A stretch of DNA of 64,000 bases from Marsupella aquatica (Eukaryota > Plantae > Marchantiophyta): the NCBI GenBank assembly GCA_973895155.1, contig OZ316895.1:8730184-8794183 (forward strand), written 5' to 3'. Positions within the stretch are counted from its first letter, which is position 1; every line of letters begins with the position of its first letter. The notes under the pieces are model-generated. The model did no database searches and was not told the DNA's origin. It saw only the letters and a program-made list of their open reading frames with translations. A program made the translations under genes and the position numbers. Below, one piece after another: positions 1-14,200 of the stretch.

Positions 1-1366
1 GCCCTCATTGTATATTACTGTAAGTAGTTTCCGCTTGCAATCCCGTCCAATCCCGTCCAATCTTGCGTCCTCGTGTGGAAGTACTGCGTTGGTCGACTTT
101 TCCTTTTCAAGACAATATCTCAGATGAGGCCTCGGATTCCCCCCAAATCCCCAAAGTCCTAGTTCACTCGGGATAGGTATCCTTCTTCCCTGATCTGCTC
201 GTCTTCTTGTGGTTCATCTCCAGGTATGATCTCAAAATTTCCCTTGCATACGTCCTGTTCTTTACGTAGAACTTGGTGATTCTTTCAGCGAGGAATGCCT
301 TACCTAGCCATGATTCATTTACAAACCTGTCCTTCATGTGCTTCCTGACTTGTTCCTTGCTTTGATCTGTGCAATTTCTTCTACTACTCTGCGAACCAGT
401 AGTATTCAGGATGAAATTGCAAGCGATTCCAGAGACATGATTATTATAGGGGGTCGTATGGGTCTTAGTTCAGGTTGGATTTTAGGAACGCGGCACGCAT
501 TTAGGTCATATCATGCGAATGACATGGGCAGGGATACCCTGACACCTCGTTTGTTCACTTGTTCTTGTTCGAAAGCTGGGTTTCTAAAATAGAATTATGT
601 TTTCATTGATCGCCCAACGGAGAAGAACTGAACATCACCGATCGTCGAAGTTCCAACCTGGCTCAGCGGCTTTACGGGGGATCCAAAGCACGGACACCAG
701 AGTGTACACAGGTGGTTCCATTACTATATTTACCAATCTAAGAGTCTGGCCTAAGGGACGAGAGGCAACTTACATCAACCCCACATTTTGAGAGAAGCTG
801 GGCCTCATTCGAACCACAGTCTCTCCTAATCTAATCGGTTTCAACTTTGTTGGCCCCATCTATCTACTGGTTAACTAACAGGTTCAAGCGGTTCCAGCCC
901 GCGTTCTAAATCAGACCAAATCCAACCTTAGCAGCGATGTGAAATATTCTATAGCTACTGCAAAGTGCCACCGTTCATGCCATCTACGTTGTAGAAATAA
1001 GTTGAAATATTCTTTACAACAGACAAGAATTGCACTTTGGAGGAGCAAAGCTTTATGTAAGTTCTTAAGGCATACTGCTGCTTATTATGGGCCTCGTCCC
1101 CTGAGCAAGGCCAGCCACTTGCGAAAATGCACCTGCAGTAAACATGTGCTTGCATTTTCATTGAACTTAACGAACTTCTCCTGACGTGTGTTATGAGATT
1201 TTATATTTACTATGGAGTCGGTGGGAGACCTCGGTAAGTGCAAGGGCTCTGTTCGAGCCACATTCTTGGACTTATTAAACATTGCAATTGATCTATAAGT
1301 GCAATGATTACTCACATTGCAATTATTGGTAAAAGGCAACCTAATGAGCACTCTGCATTTTTCGAT

Positions 1367-1467
1367 AAACTGCAATCTCAATAAACTGCAATCTCAATAA
1401 TCTCAATACATACGTTGACAATAGAATGCATACGTTGACAATAGAATACATACGTTGACAATAGAAT
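1367..1467. repeat. Short tandem repeats (16-bp x2, 20-bp TACGTTGACAATAGAAT(G/A)CA x3)
   Basis: Directly visible tandem copies. Confidence 0.8.
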
Positions 1468-2466
1468 AACTGTTAACTGCGAGTCCTAAGTTAGATTGCA
1501 CTTACAGGGGACTCCTACTCTAGGGGTCTCGGTAACTGCACATCAAAATATGACATATACTATGTAAGGCACCCTTGCATGCATACAGTGATAATCCTAG
1601 TTTTTCTTTCTTTCAATCAATGAATGCAACCACATTTTGATGTGTGATTACCAGCAGGGCTACTCTAGACCTAACCCAGTGACACAATCATAGACCTGCC
1701 CAAGCGCAAGAGCTGAAAAGTGGGCAAATTGGAATATTGGTCGCAGAGCCAAGGTACCAACCGGTTCATGCCATTGGGTCAGAATTCATTAGCAGTTCCA
1801 GCTAAGTCTAGCTGACGTTTGTAGTTCTAAAGTGGCGCAAATGAAGCATAGAAAGTGGAGCACTCGATCAGTTGACAATTCTCAGAACAAAAAGTGAGGT
1901 GATTGCATCGAGCTCCAACCGAAACTGCTATTAAGTTGCTTTTGAGCATTTTCCTATACAATTCTGCTCACTGTGGTAATGATTTGAAAGTGTTAATATT
2001 TGAAGCTGCCTTTGAGCATTTACATATACAAGTTAGCTCAGTTAGGGAATGATTTGAAAGCGTTATCTGACTTGACAGTGGCATAGATTGACTTCTGTTG
2101 AATGGCATAGGTTTGTGTGGACAAGTTCTGAATGAGAGTCGGGAAAAAGCAAAAGTATTGAGGTTGCTTGCGAGCCTGGGGCCCGGTTATCTCCTCTAGT
2201 GCGCACGTTGCATGCATGGTGATCGAACCATACTAGCTCAACAATTTTTGTGAGTAATTGTTGAGTATGGTTCGATCACCAATGTCCATGTAGATGATAG
2301 TAAGTATATCCATCATTCCATCTATAGTGTCATCCACCAGACAACGACTGAAGGACACTCCCAGCCACCGTTCATGTGCTCTTACTTGCATGTAGAGAAT
2401 GTAAGTTCTATTCAATGAAACTGTGTTTTCATTGAATGAGGTAATCAGGACAACTTTTAGGACCTT

Positions 2467-5400
2467 TCAAATGTATCCTGGCACACACAAGGCGATTGTG
2501 GCGTGCCCATGAATTAAGTTAGCTGGTGCACGAGCGAAGCCGGTGATACTTTCACCAATAGGCTGGATAATACATCCATCCATTATGGCGACCCCTCCAG
2601 CAACAGGCCCTGGGGTTGAGTAAGTCCACAAAGTTGCCCCAGTTACGGAATCTAGTGCCACTATTTTGCCTACCGGTGTACTGCTAGAGAAGTTACCCTG
2701 TGATCCGCCAAAGACCACACCATTGGCATAAGCAACCTGCATGATCATCCAATAGACTGTCAGCATTGATGCTGTCTGATCGAATGCCAAGCAACTTAAT
2801 ACCTATGTCTGTTAATCAAGGAGACTTTTAGACAGGAGATTGCACCCGGAACTAGGAACTTCTTCGAACTGTGGTGTACACGGGCGAGCTCCTGTAATTA
2901 TGGCATCTTGATCCTTCGTTTTCCAGATTACAATCCCAAGACCTTGCGATCGAATATCATGGTACGTTTGAACACGAAAATTATATTTTGGTGCAGATAA
3001 AGACAGCATACCGGTGCTTGAGTACCCAGTGGATCAGGGTTGGCTGTGGACCAGAGGATAGCTCCTGTGGAAGCATTCATGGCCACCCAGCCCCCCCAAG
3101 TTATGACTCTCTCCGATGGCACCAAGGTGAAATTGAAGCCCAAGGCGTTGATAATGTTCGTGAATACCCTCTCACCATCGGTAGCCATGCCCCATGACGC
3201 TCCACCTCCAGTAGACCCTGGACCTGCATCCTGCAGGTTTGCTTCTTATATGAATTTCCTTCAATGGTGCATCAAAGATTAAAAATCATAGACTCAGACT
3301 GCGTTGCATTAAACGGGCAAGCACACTGCCATGTTATATTGGCAGAACAAAACTCCCAAGTCTACAGTCCTATACAGAATTATAAAGTCCACCGGCACCC
3401 AATTAATCCCACAATTCACACATCTATCCATGACATCGATCATCATTTTCACTCAAGATCGATTATCTCCCATTCACGATATATATATATGGGTGGGGAC
3501 GAAATTGGTGACTTGCCCCGGAATGGAGGTTATTAACAGATCGAGACGTGCTACAGTAGTCAGCATCTAGGTTAAGAAAAATGCATGTAGAAACGACAAC
3601 GTTTGAATGCAACATGAAAAACGTCAACCGGTTCGTGCGTCCCAACTAAGAGCGCTTACAGTTTGCCAAACAATTCCTCCGGTCTCTCGATCAAGAGCAT
3701 GAACGATCCCACTCTTCTGACCACCAACCACGACGTCCCTCAGCTTGCATGACGAATTATGCTCTTCCTTGATCGTTATCAGGAACGGAGCTTCTCCAAA
3801 ATCGGCATCCGGTCCAAGAATTGGGGGGCAATTCGGCAAGGGGACAGGGGAAAGTTGACAAACTTGAGTCCAAGTATCAAAGGCGCCCAGGTGTGTGGCC
3901 CAAACAATTTTGCCAGTCTCCATGGCGATGGCAAGAAAGGATTCGGCATGATTGTCCGGGTGGATGCAGGGATCGGGGAAGGTGGCGTTGGTCTTGTTCA
4001 ATTGAGCTTGTTCACAAGCCGTAATATCTGGGGGGGGTCGTGTAGTCATTTCCCGTGGCAATGTATACCAACCTCCTGGAGGCATCAATTGCTGGACTGC
4101 TCCCCCAAATGGCCGCTCCTGCATAGAGCCCTGTCTGCTTGTGGTTGTCAGGAAGCATGGGCACTCGCCACACTGTCTCTCCCGTCTTAGCGTTAAGCTT
4201 GAACATCGCACCTTGAAAGTTACAGCAGGTTTCCGCCGGAGCAGACTCCTCCGCGGAGCTCGTGCCGATGTAGAATGCCCTTCACAATTTTCACGATAAT
4301 TAAGTACGTGACGGCGCAGTCATCAAATTAGGGGTTTGACTGCTCCACGTTAGCTCCGTTAGTTTGCTAAACTTAACCTGGCAATGAAGCACTTGTCTTG
4401 GTGTAACGAATTCAAGCAGCACGAATCGATATATTATTAATATAACCGTGTCTCTGATCAGATTACAACTACATGGAGGTAGTACGTAAATCTCTATGGA
4501 AGCAATAGACTATCAAATTTTGTACCGATTCATTGAATTCGGCATTTTGTGAATAAATTCAAATTTGAACAATGGCATTACTGATTCACAAAATCTTGAG
4601 ACAGCCGTGACTTGAGTTCGAAACAGCTATTTCTCGGTAGTCTGACATTGTTGTCTTCACTTTGTTAGTTCTTATGATTTCATAAATCTTGTTATTCCCG
4701 ACAATCGTGACGATCGAGGTAAGCAAACAGATTAATGAACTTACGGAATTGTTCAATTGCTACCCGACTTGCCCTTTCCCATGAAAAGAAATTTAATGAA
4801 CAAAGATGGAACAAAGATGTCCGATCCGGTCAAGATGTCAGTAAATTGATACATATTATCAACCCTGCCATATATATTCGTCATCAGAAATACACCGAGA
4901 CAGTGTTGAATATATTGCCTGTTTCTCAATTCAGCGGCAGCTTAATCTCGCAAAATGTTTCTCAATTCAGCGGCAACTTAATCTCGCAAAAGGAGTAGTA
5001 TAGTAGTCGATGAATAGATCAATGGTACCAGTACAGTCTAGAATTTAAGTACAATCAGCAATCAAGGTACGGGGGTGAAAGGGAGGAGCTGTGTCTATCA
5101 AATTGTCAAACTGACCCTTGGAAGTACGTCCCGGATTGGTCTAAGGTGCACCATTGCTGAGAATCCAAGCTGGTCCACCAAACCACTGCTCCTGTAGATC
5201 TGTTCAACGCCAGCACATAGCACGGACCATAGATCCCGACCAGTAGCAGGGGTCCGGCTATGGTTGGAGTTGCCCGGGAAAGAAGATCTGGAGCTTTAGA
5301 AAGTGAGGGTGCATTCTTTCTGAAATACGGCATAACGTAGATTCCGTCCAAGAATCCTGGAATTGTCGGAGCAACCTCGGTAAGATTCACTTTCCAGATG

Positions 5401-6314
5401 CGCTCGCCGGTGTCTTTTGTGACGGCGTACAGGCATCCATCCCAGCTCGAGAAATACACTGCTCCCCTTCCGCGGCAATCGATGGATGGGTTTGCAGACA
5501 CGTCGTAGTCCGCGTAGGCGGTCCACTTCAGCGACAGTTTTGCCACTGTGTCTTTGCTGATCTTCGTCTCGGACGGAGACTCGCGGCGATTAGTAATACC
5601 CCCTCCTTGGTTCGGCCATGACTTTGACGACTCGTCCCACTCCTGCTTGTAGAGTGTATTTTGCACAATTCACGCGGAATCCAGTAGTTAGTAATTTTGA
5701 CGATCGATCGAAACAGGCAGGGATCCGATTCATCCACTGAAGAAGGGTACTTAATTAAGGTTGCAGTGGTAGATTTCTGAGCTGAATATGAACTAAATAA
5801 ATCAAGGACTATATAGTTCAAGCACTACAAATCAATATCGATCTATAATATCCAGTAGATTCTTTTGGCCATCAAATCTCAGCAAGACACTCATGACAAT
5901 TTCATTATAACGAACGTCCAACTATGGAACTTAACTTCACTTCTCGATCGATCAGGTCACTGCCACTGACTTGGCTATGCGAAAGGTCGTCGAGAAAAGA
6001 TTCGACAGAAAAGTTTCCTAAATCTTTTCTCGAAGAGCTTTGTTGTCTGTTGGTTAAATAGTAGCTTCCAATTCCATTGCACACAAAGGTACATAGTAGT
6101 TATATAGGATGGAACTAATGTCTCCTCCACATTCAAGGGAAATTGCAACACGAACTCGATTTCCTTTCTCAGATTACAAGGTGATTCTGATCGAGTCGAC
6201 CTAGATCGACGTGATACTTACATCAGAATCCCGACTCCAACACAGGACCGGAGTCGCAACGAGGGCCGCAATCAGCAAGACGATCATACATCGATCATCT
6301 GAAAATGTTTGCAT
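2467..6314 (-). CDS. Secreted PQQ-type beta-propeller protein (polyvinyl-alcohol dehydrogenase-like), copy A; +1 frameshift in a G-run
   Basis: GT-AG exons 6314-6222 (signal peptide MQTFSDDRCMIVLLIAALVATPVLC), ~5650-5116, 4279-3660, 3230-3012, 2736-2467. PQQ-repeat motifs (AVTKDTGERIWK, ALNRSTGAVVW, ALDRETGGIVW) and vicinal CC (ETCCNFQG). Exon 3 is 620 bp vs 619 bp in copy B because of G8 at 4030-4037. The acceptor of exon 2 and possible micro-exons are uncertain. Confidence 0.85.
4921..4992. repeat. 36-bp tandem duplication in an intron
   Basis: GTTTCTCAATTCAGCGGCA(G/A)CTTAATCTCGCAAAA occurs twice. Confidence 0.8.
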
Positions 6315-6515
6315 CGCTTTAGGCCCTACTCTGCAATGCAGCTTAGCTTCGTCGTACACGATATGGAGGCTATTCTTCATTGCTAATCACCCTGAACTAT
6401 ATGTGTGACCGATGCGCAACCGATCGCTTTTTGCTCCCCGTAGGCCCAAGTCTAGCATTTGGAGGAGTTGCCGCGCGCCGTCATGGCGTTCACGTGTACG
6501 TAATCTGGCGGGCTT

Positions 6516-6720
6516 AGAAATACCGCAGCTGACCAGGCTGTGGAGCTTCATATTCATTAAAGATTAAGAAATACTGCAGCTGACCAGGCAGTGGAGCTTC
6601 ATATTCATTAAAGATTAAGAAATACTGCAGCTGACCAGGCAGTGGAGCTTCATATTCATTCAAGATTAAGAAATACCGCAGCTGACCAGGCAGTAGAGCT
6701 TCATATTCATTCAAGATCAC
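6516..6720. repeat. 51-bp tandem repeat x4 upstream of PQQ gene copy A
   Basis: Unit AGAAATAC(C/T)GCAGCTGACCAGGCAGTGGAGCTTCATATTCATT(A/C)AAGATTA; a single related copy (TACTGCAGCTGACCAAGCGGAGCT) lies upstream of copy B at ~14974. Confidence 0.9.
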
Positions 6721-6751
6721 TCAGAAATGCAGCATTCTTGCGATCGATCTT

Positions 6752-7306
6752 AGGGGTTAGGTTCCCATGGGGCTGGGAGTAAAGAGTGCACATATATGTG
6801 TGTCAATAAAATCCTTGGAATTGGAATGTCTGTCAATAAGATCATATTGGTCACACATGTGCACTCTTCACGTGTGTCAATAAAATCATACTCCCTGGCT
6901 ACTGTCCTATTTGTACACTAACTGGAATTGGAAAAGCTCCGACGTATTTGTACACTACTTGGAAAAGCTGTCATCCTATTGACTCCTTACTCACTCCAAG
7001 TGTACAAATATGACAGTAGGGAGTATGATTTTCCCTCACACTCCCTATTAAACTCTAGGGACACCCCTTGCCACCCGTTGTCCTTGTGTATAGTGAAAGA
7101 ACAATCATTGCATTCTTATTCCCCACACTCCCTATTAAACTCTAGGGGCACCCCTTGCCCATCATTGCATTCTCATAAGCTCTAAAGTCAAAACTTGTAC
7201 ATTTAAAATACTGTGTACACTTTGACATATAGTGTATTTGGGGCCCGAGGGTGTTAGAGGGAGTGATTGTACTCCCTGCCCTTGGCCCATGGGACCTGGC
7301 CCACCC
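6752..7306. mobile_element. Possible degenerate MITE
   Basis: Imperfect inverted ends GGGTTAGGTTCCCATGGGGCTGGGAGTA ... TACTCCCTGCCCTTGGCCCATGGGACCTGGCCC, plus an internal ~36-bp direct repeat; no clear TSD. Confidence 0.3.
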
Positions 7307-10300
7307 TCAGTCTTAAGTAATATGTGGAGGACATGCAAATGCTTGAAGGCTGGTTGATACTCATTTAATTTGAACTAAATATTTACTAATATTACCATTA
7401 AAAAAAACAACTTTTTATAGAAAACAAAAATTATAACAAGTAGTGAAGGGATGGGGCCACCATGCATCCCGGGGGTTCACTTAATTTTACTTAGATTGAG
7501 GGCTCAGGAATTGCATCAGATAGGGGAATTCACCTTATGAAATTGTTGTATACCATGTGCGAACACCCTTATTTAACCACTCTCTCTAAAAGGAATAGGA
7601 ACACCCCTATTTAACCACTCTCTCTAAGAGGAATAGGAAGCTCAAAAACCCACCAATCATTTATTGACATGTGACAAGCAATGAATCATGTGATGACAAA
7701 TGACACTTTTTGAATTGTTACCCCTTTACTTACTTCCTTGCTACTTCTATAAAAATAATAAAATGAATAAGATATATGCCCCTTGCTTCATTTGCACATG
7801 ATCAACATTTGTGAAAGTGAACCCCTGAGAGAGGACCTCCATTAAAATATTCTTGGTTCAAACCATAGTACCTACTTCCAAGCATAGGGATTTGAGCACC
7901 TTGTGGCCCTACCTTGGAACATAAGCCCCTACTACAAGAATGAGTTGGCTAAGTTCATCCCCAACTACAACTCGATCAGTACGTGCAAAAGATTATCAGG
8001 GTACGTACATGGACGGGTGCAGGATGTCCTTGTCCAAGGAGAGTCTGCGGATGATCTTTGGCTTACCCGAGGGCACGGCCCGGGTAGAGTCAATCTCGTG
8101 CCCCAAGAGGGAAAGAAGCAAAGTATCACTCTTCCAACTTTGCAGTCAATGGGCACGTTGACAACAACTTCCTTCTACCAAAGGATGTGCCTAAGGGCAA
8201 AGATAGTAGAAGTGAACCCCCCGAGGGAGAACCTCTATTATGTTATGGACAAACAGTGGTTGTTGGCTCTGGCAGCTTCGGCTTATGGCAAGGTCACGCG
8301 GTTCCGGGAGGTTTTATTCGCTGACCTACTTACAAACGAGCTTACAAAGTATGTTGAGCTTGAGTCAAGACAATAGTCTTAAAGTTCCTAGATCCTGATG
8401 GGTTACTTACCAAAGTGTTTGGTTGCTTGTGCACACCATGAGGATTGTTGAGTGACGGTCATGTTAAGGAGCAAGTGCGGCTTCGGGTATGGGAGTAACC
8501 GCTGGGCCGGGTTGATAGGGCAAGGTACCAAGTTGCTTGCTCAAGAAGTTCCAAGGAGGCATTTGCATAGCAAGTTAATTAGGGTACTTAGGTGAGAGTA
8601 CTGGGATTGGTGAGGGCACTGGGTGCATGGCAAGGTCCACCACTCAAACCCTCTAACCACCAGCTACACCACTAGCAAGCCAGTCCCTTCTATTTCTGGC
8701 CATTAAGCAGGTGTTTTGTGTGCTTATTGATACGGAACGCTACTAATCCCTTAGACACATTTACTGGACAAATTCTTTTAATTATCGAGTTATGAGGTAT
8801 TGAGTGAGGTATGATGCCAACCTCCTCCACCTACACTTAAGTCCCAATCTTCTTCAAGTATATTAATTTGTATTCTGCCCCCAAAACTTGCCCAACTGGC
8901 TTGGTACGTGGCCGCTATATAAGTGTCTTTATCAGTCAAACACATCTAACAGTTACTGATCTCCATTGCATGTCTCTTTGTCGCTACTAGTTGGTGTGGG
9001 CAATCTCCAAACAAGCAGATGCGACACACAAAGCAAAAAACAAACCTTGCGCGCTGACTTGGGTACTGACTGAGATAATTATAACCATGCAACATCCATA
9101 AACTCATACATCTTGCATGTGCCCCTGATCTGCAAACTAAGTCGTGATGCCAACTGTATTAAGGTCATTGAATTGGTACAAGGAAACATGAATATACACA
9201 TGGTACACTATATAACTAGCCAAGAGCTTCCTTTACTGAATGATCCAAGCGCTACTAATGCACAAATGACTTGCCTTAGGCAAAAACGCCCTCATCACTC
9301 CATTGCCGAGGTATTTATCCTGGCAGCGCACCTGTTGTCCTACTTATGTGTTAAACTAAGTCTATTCCTACTGTAATTTTCCTGAGGGTGTATAGCGGGG
9401 CAAGAGCACAAGTGTTTCTCTTACCAGATCGAGGATCCGCACTCCAAACTATCTAAGTGTCGGGGCCGCCTTTTGCCCTTGATCCAAATCCTAAATATCC
9501 TTAAAATGAACATTCTAATGCCCCCCTCCAAACCAAAAAAAAACTTGATAGAGAAATCTTTTGTTAGGAAATAACATGAAGTAATTAAAAAATGCTCTCC
9601 TCTCAATCCCTGAAAATTCCTATGTCACCTATCCCCAAACAACCACCCTCAACCCAAAATTCCTTAATCAATCTGCTCCTTCATTTCATATTTATGTGCC
9701 TGGCATGTCTCCATACAATATAATGTTATAAATTGCAAGTTGTTTGTAAATGTGATGTGGGCCCCTTGACTTTCCATAGGCATTTCACTGAAGTCATCAC
9801 ATTGTCATTGTCATGCCTCATACCCACTTCACTTCACCATGTCATTCTCATGCCTGGCAAGTCAACATCAATTCTTAAGGTTCCTTCAGTTGGGACTAGA
9901 GTCTTGGCTGGGCAACCCTTCTCCCAAGGCCTTTCTTAAGCCCTTTGCCAGATCTAATGGTTTAGAATATTTCTGATTTAATCCTATGGTTATATTGAGT
10001 TCCCGCTTTTTCCATTTTCATAAATGGACCATAAGAGTGGAAAGGGATAGCATATTATAGTTGTAGATACGGCCTAAATTAGTTTTTGAAAACTTTTATA
10101 ATAAACTCATTAATAGTGTCAAATGTATACACATTGCCCAGGGATTTCTAAGTAGTCTAGCTCTTTTGCATTACTTTGGCTGCCAAGGGGCTAGTAAATA
10201 TATAACTCTAAACTATAATACAATGTTCCGCCTTTTTATGCAATGGTGGTCATTCAAATTTGAAGTGGCTTTTTGAGTGAAAAAAACAGAAACTGCAAAA

Positions 10301-10779
10301 AGTGGAAGGAATAAACTATAGACAAGTGAATTATATATTTGGTGTGAATGAAAAAGTGAATGCAGGCTTCTCCAAGCTAGAAGGAAAATAACAAAGTATA
10401 CCATGCCCCTCCCTCTACCATCCATGCTATACCATGCTCCTCTCTCTCTACCATCCATGCATACAGGTGCTACATAGCAATAGTAGTTTAATTGCAAATA
10501 TTACATAGTCACTCAAGTAGGGCATTATAATCTAATCAATGAGAGAACAAGGAGACCAAAAAGTAATAAAACAGAGGGAACCAGAAGAAAAAAATCATCC
10601 TTGCTTTGTTATACTTTGGTGGTTGATGTTGCATCTCTTTTAATTGAGTCATGATACCTTTTACCGAACAACATTTTTTATGCAAATGAATGAGATCTTT
10701 CTAACAAACAAAATAGTTTACTCATTCAAGCTATCTTTTGCAACATGGTAGTTTTTCTCAACTACATCTTTAGCACAAT

Positions 10780-11205
10780 GCCATCTATAATTAGGCATTG
10801 ACATCTTTTGACAAACAATATCTTTAGTAAATCACATGTTTTTCGCAATGATATATTTTAATACTTAACAACCTCTTTATCTGAGCAACCACATTGATAT
10901 TTTACTTGACAACATCTTTTGTGCAATGCTCTCATTTACTTAACAACTTACATCCTTTACTTAATGACATCTTTTACTTAATTAACGACATCTTTTGCGC
11001 AACAACATCTTTTACTTAACAACATCTTTTGAGCAACCACATATTTACTTAACGACATCTTTTGCACAATGACATATAATTTTATTAGCAACACCTTTTG
11101 GACAACCACATGTTTTACTTCACGACATGTTTTGCATAACGACATCTTTTACTTAAGGACATCTTTAATGCAACAACATGTTTACGCAATAACATCTTCT
11201 GTGCA
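10780..11205. repeat. Degenerate AT-rich minisatellite (ACATCTTTT-based ~18-bp units)
   Basis: Many copies of (G/A)ACATCTTTT(ACTTAA/GC(G/A)CAA) just downstream of PQQ gene B. Confidence 0.75.
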
Positions 11206-11242
11206 ATTACGCACGAGGATCGAACTCGTAACACTATAAAAC

Positions 11243-14200
11243 TCATGGTACGCACAAGGCAATCAGGGAGTGTCCATGAGTTAGATTAGCTGGTTCAGTC
11301 AAGAAGTCAGTGGTAGTTTCACCAATAGGCTGGAAAATACATCCATCCATGATTGCCACCCCTCCAGCAAGAGGCCCTTGGGTTGAGTAAGTCGACAGAA
11401 CTGCCCCAGTTGCAGAATCTAGTGCCACAATTTTGCCTACAGGGGTACTGCTCGAGAAGTTACCTTCTGATTCGCCAAAGACTACACCATTGGCATATGC
11501 AACCTGCATCATTCAATAGATTATTTGTCAGTCAGAATTGGTGCACTCAAAATGCCAGACTGCGAGAATCACAACATCATCAGTTTGCAGAGGTATCAGT
11601 CGTTAGTGTGTGTAACTTTCCTACTCACCGACACCACCAAAAAAAGACCACTCAACAAGGTCAGCCTAGTGCTCAGTGAGGCCAGCCAAGAGCCCAATGA
11701 ACGAGGTAAGCCGAGAGCTCAACAAGGTAAGCCGAGAGCTCAGCGAGGTCAGCAGAAATATTCTACCTCCTATGGGCCACTGAGATCAATAAAACGACCA
11801 CAAAATTGATGTTCAAGTTCGGCAAGGCCACGGAGCTTCACTCATACCAGTGACTAGGATATCGGTGACTAATAAGTGATGCGGCTAATTATTTAAGTAG
11901 ACTTTTAGACAGGAGAGCCCCCCCTCACCCCCAATTTATAACCTCATCCAAGTGCGGTATACATGGACGAGCTGCTGCAATTATATAATTATGGCGTCTT
12001 GACTCTATTTTTAGTTTCCAGATTACAATTTCAAGACCTTGCGAACATCATGGTTTGGTCACGAAAATCAGTTAAAGACAGCATACCGGTGCTTGCGTAC
12101 CCACTGGATCAGGGTTGGCTGTGGACCAGAGGATAGCTCCTGTGGAACCATTCATCGCCACCCAGCCCCCCCAAGTTATCACTCTGGACGATGGCACCAA
12201 TGTGAAATTCAACTTGAATACATTGATGATGTTCGTGAATACCCTTTCACCATCGGTAGCCATGCCCCATGACGCTCCTCCTCCAACAGACCCTGGACCA
12301 GCATCCTGCAGGTTTTGCAAATGTTCCATATCAATGATCATCTTTCGGTGCATTACAGATTAACTATCATAGTCTCAGACTGCGTTGACGTAAATGGGCA
12401 AGTCCACGGCCATGTTATATCTGCAGAACAGAACTCCAAGTCTGATAAGTCTTGTAATTAAATAATGATGAGGTCGACGCACCCTATCACACAGTTCGCA
12501 TATCTATCGATGAAATTGAACAATTGCCATCATTGATGTCCCATGTATTAACGATATATTGGTGGGGACATAATCGGTGACTTGCCCCGAAAATGTAGGG
12601 CATCAACAGATCGAGTGCTAGTCAGCATCCACGATGACAAAAGTAATGCATGTAAAAGCGGCAACGTTTCGATGGAACATGAAAAAGTTTAAGCGGTGTG
12701 TGCGTCACGACGAAGAGCACTTACAGTTTCCCAAACTATCCCTCCAGTCTCTCGATCAAGAGCATGAACGATCCCATTCTTCTGACCGGCAACCACGACA
12801 TCCCTCAATTTGCATGTCGAGTTATGCTCTTCCTTGATCGTTAGCAGGAACGGAGCTTCTCCAAAGTCCGAATCCGGTCCAAGAATTGGGGGGCAATTGG
12901 GCAAGGGGACAGGGGAAAGGAAACAAACATAAGTCCAAGTATCATAGGCGCCCAGATGTGTAGACCACGCGATTTTGCCAGTGTCGATGTTGATGGCAAC
13001 AAAGGATTCGGCGTGATTGTCCGGGTGGATGCATGGATCGGGGAAGGTGGCGTTGGTCTTGTTCAATTGCGCTTGTTCACAAGCCGTAATATCTGGAGGG
13101 GTGGTGTAGTCGTTCCCCGTGGCAATATATATTAACCTCCTGGAGGTATCAATTGCTGGACTGCTCCCCCAAATGGCCGCTCCCGAATAGAGCCCCATCT
13201 GCTTGTGGTTGTCAGGAAGCATGGACACTCGCCACACTGTCTCTCCCGTCTTAGCGTTGAGCTTAAACATCGCACCTTGAAAGGTACAGCAGGTTGCTGG
13301 TGGACCAGACTCTTCCCAGGAGCTCGTGCCGATGTAGAATGCACTGCACAAATTTCACGATAGAAGACAGCACATTAGCCACCAGATTACTAGGGGTTTG
13401 ACAGCTCCAAGGTATAACGTAGCTAAAGCGGCAAGTTAATTGATCTCGGCGACGGAGTAATACATATAGAGTCGATGAATCAATGGTGCAAGTACAGGGA
13501 ATGTACTTGTAGTCAGCAATGAAGGTACGGTGGTAAAAGAGTCATGAAATCGTCAGACTGACCCTTGGTAGTACGTCCCGGATTGTTCTAAGATGCACCA
13601 TTGCTGAGAATCCAAGCTAGTCCACCAAACCACCGCTCCAGTAGATCTGTTCAACGCCAGCACATAGCACGGACCATAGATCCCGACCAGTAGCAGGGGT
13701 CCGGCTATGGTTGGAGTTGATCTGGAAATAAGATCAGGAGCTTTGGAAAGTGACGGTGTATTATTTTTTATTTGCGGCATAACGTAGATTCCTTCCAACA
13801 GTCCTGGAATTGTCGGAGCAACCTCGGTAAGATTCACTTTCCAAATACGCTCGCCGGTGTCTTTCGTGACCGCGTACAGGCATGCATCCCAGCTCGAGAA
13901 ATACACTGCTCCCCTACCGCGACCATCGATGGATGGGTTTGCAGTGATGTCGAAGTCTGCAAAGACGGTCCACTTCAGCGCTAGTTTTGCCACTGTATCT
14001 TTGCTGATCTTCGTTTCGGACGGAGCCTCGCGGCGATTACTAAGACCCCCTCCTTGGTTCGGCCATAACTTCGACAACTCGTCCCACTCCAGCTTGTACA
14101 ATATATTTTGCACAATCCAGTAGTTAGTGATTTTGTCGATCGAGAGAAACAGGCATGCAGTCCGATTCATCCAATGAAGAATGGGTACTTAAGGTTGTAA

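Noticed and set aside
1-2300. Possible 5' end of an old LTR retrotransposon on the minus strand (PBS-like TGGTGTCCGTGC at 688-699 next to TG at 703)
   Set aside because: No recognisable gag motif and no second LTR in the window; cannot be supported.
7903-8376. 157-aa ORF
   Set aside because: No recognisable motif or ATG start; probably a decayed TE fragment.
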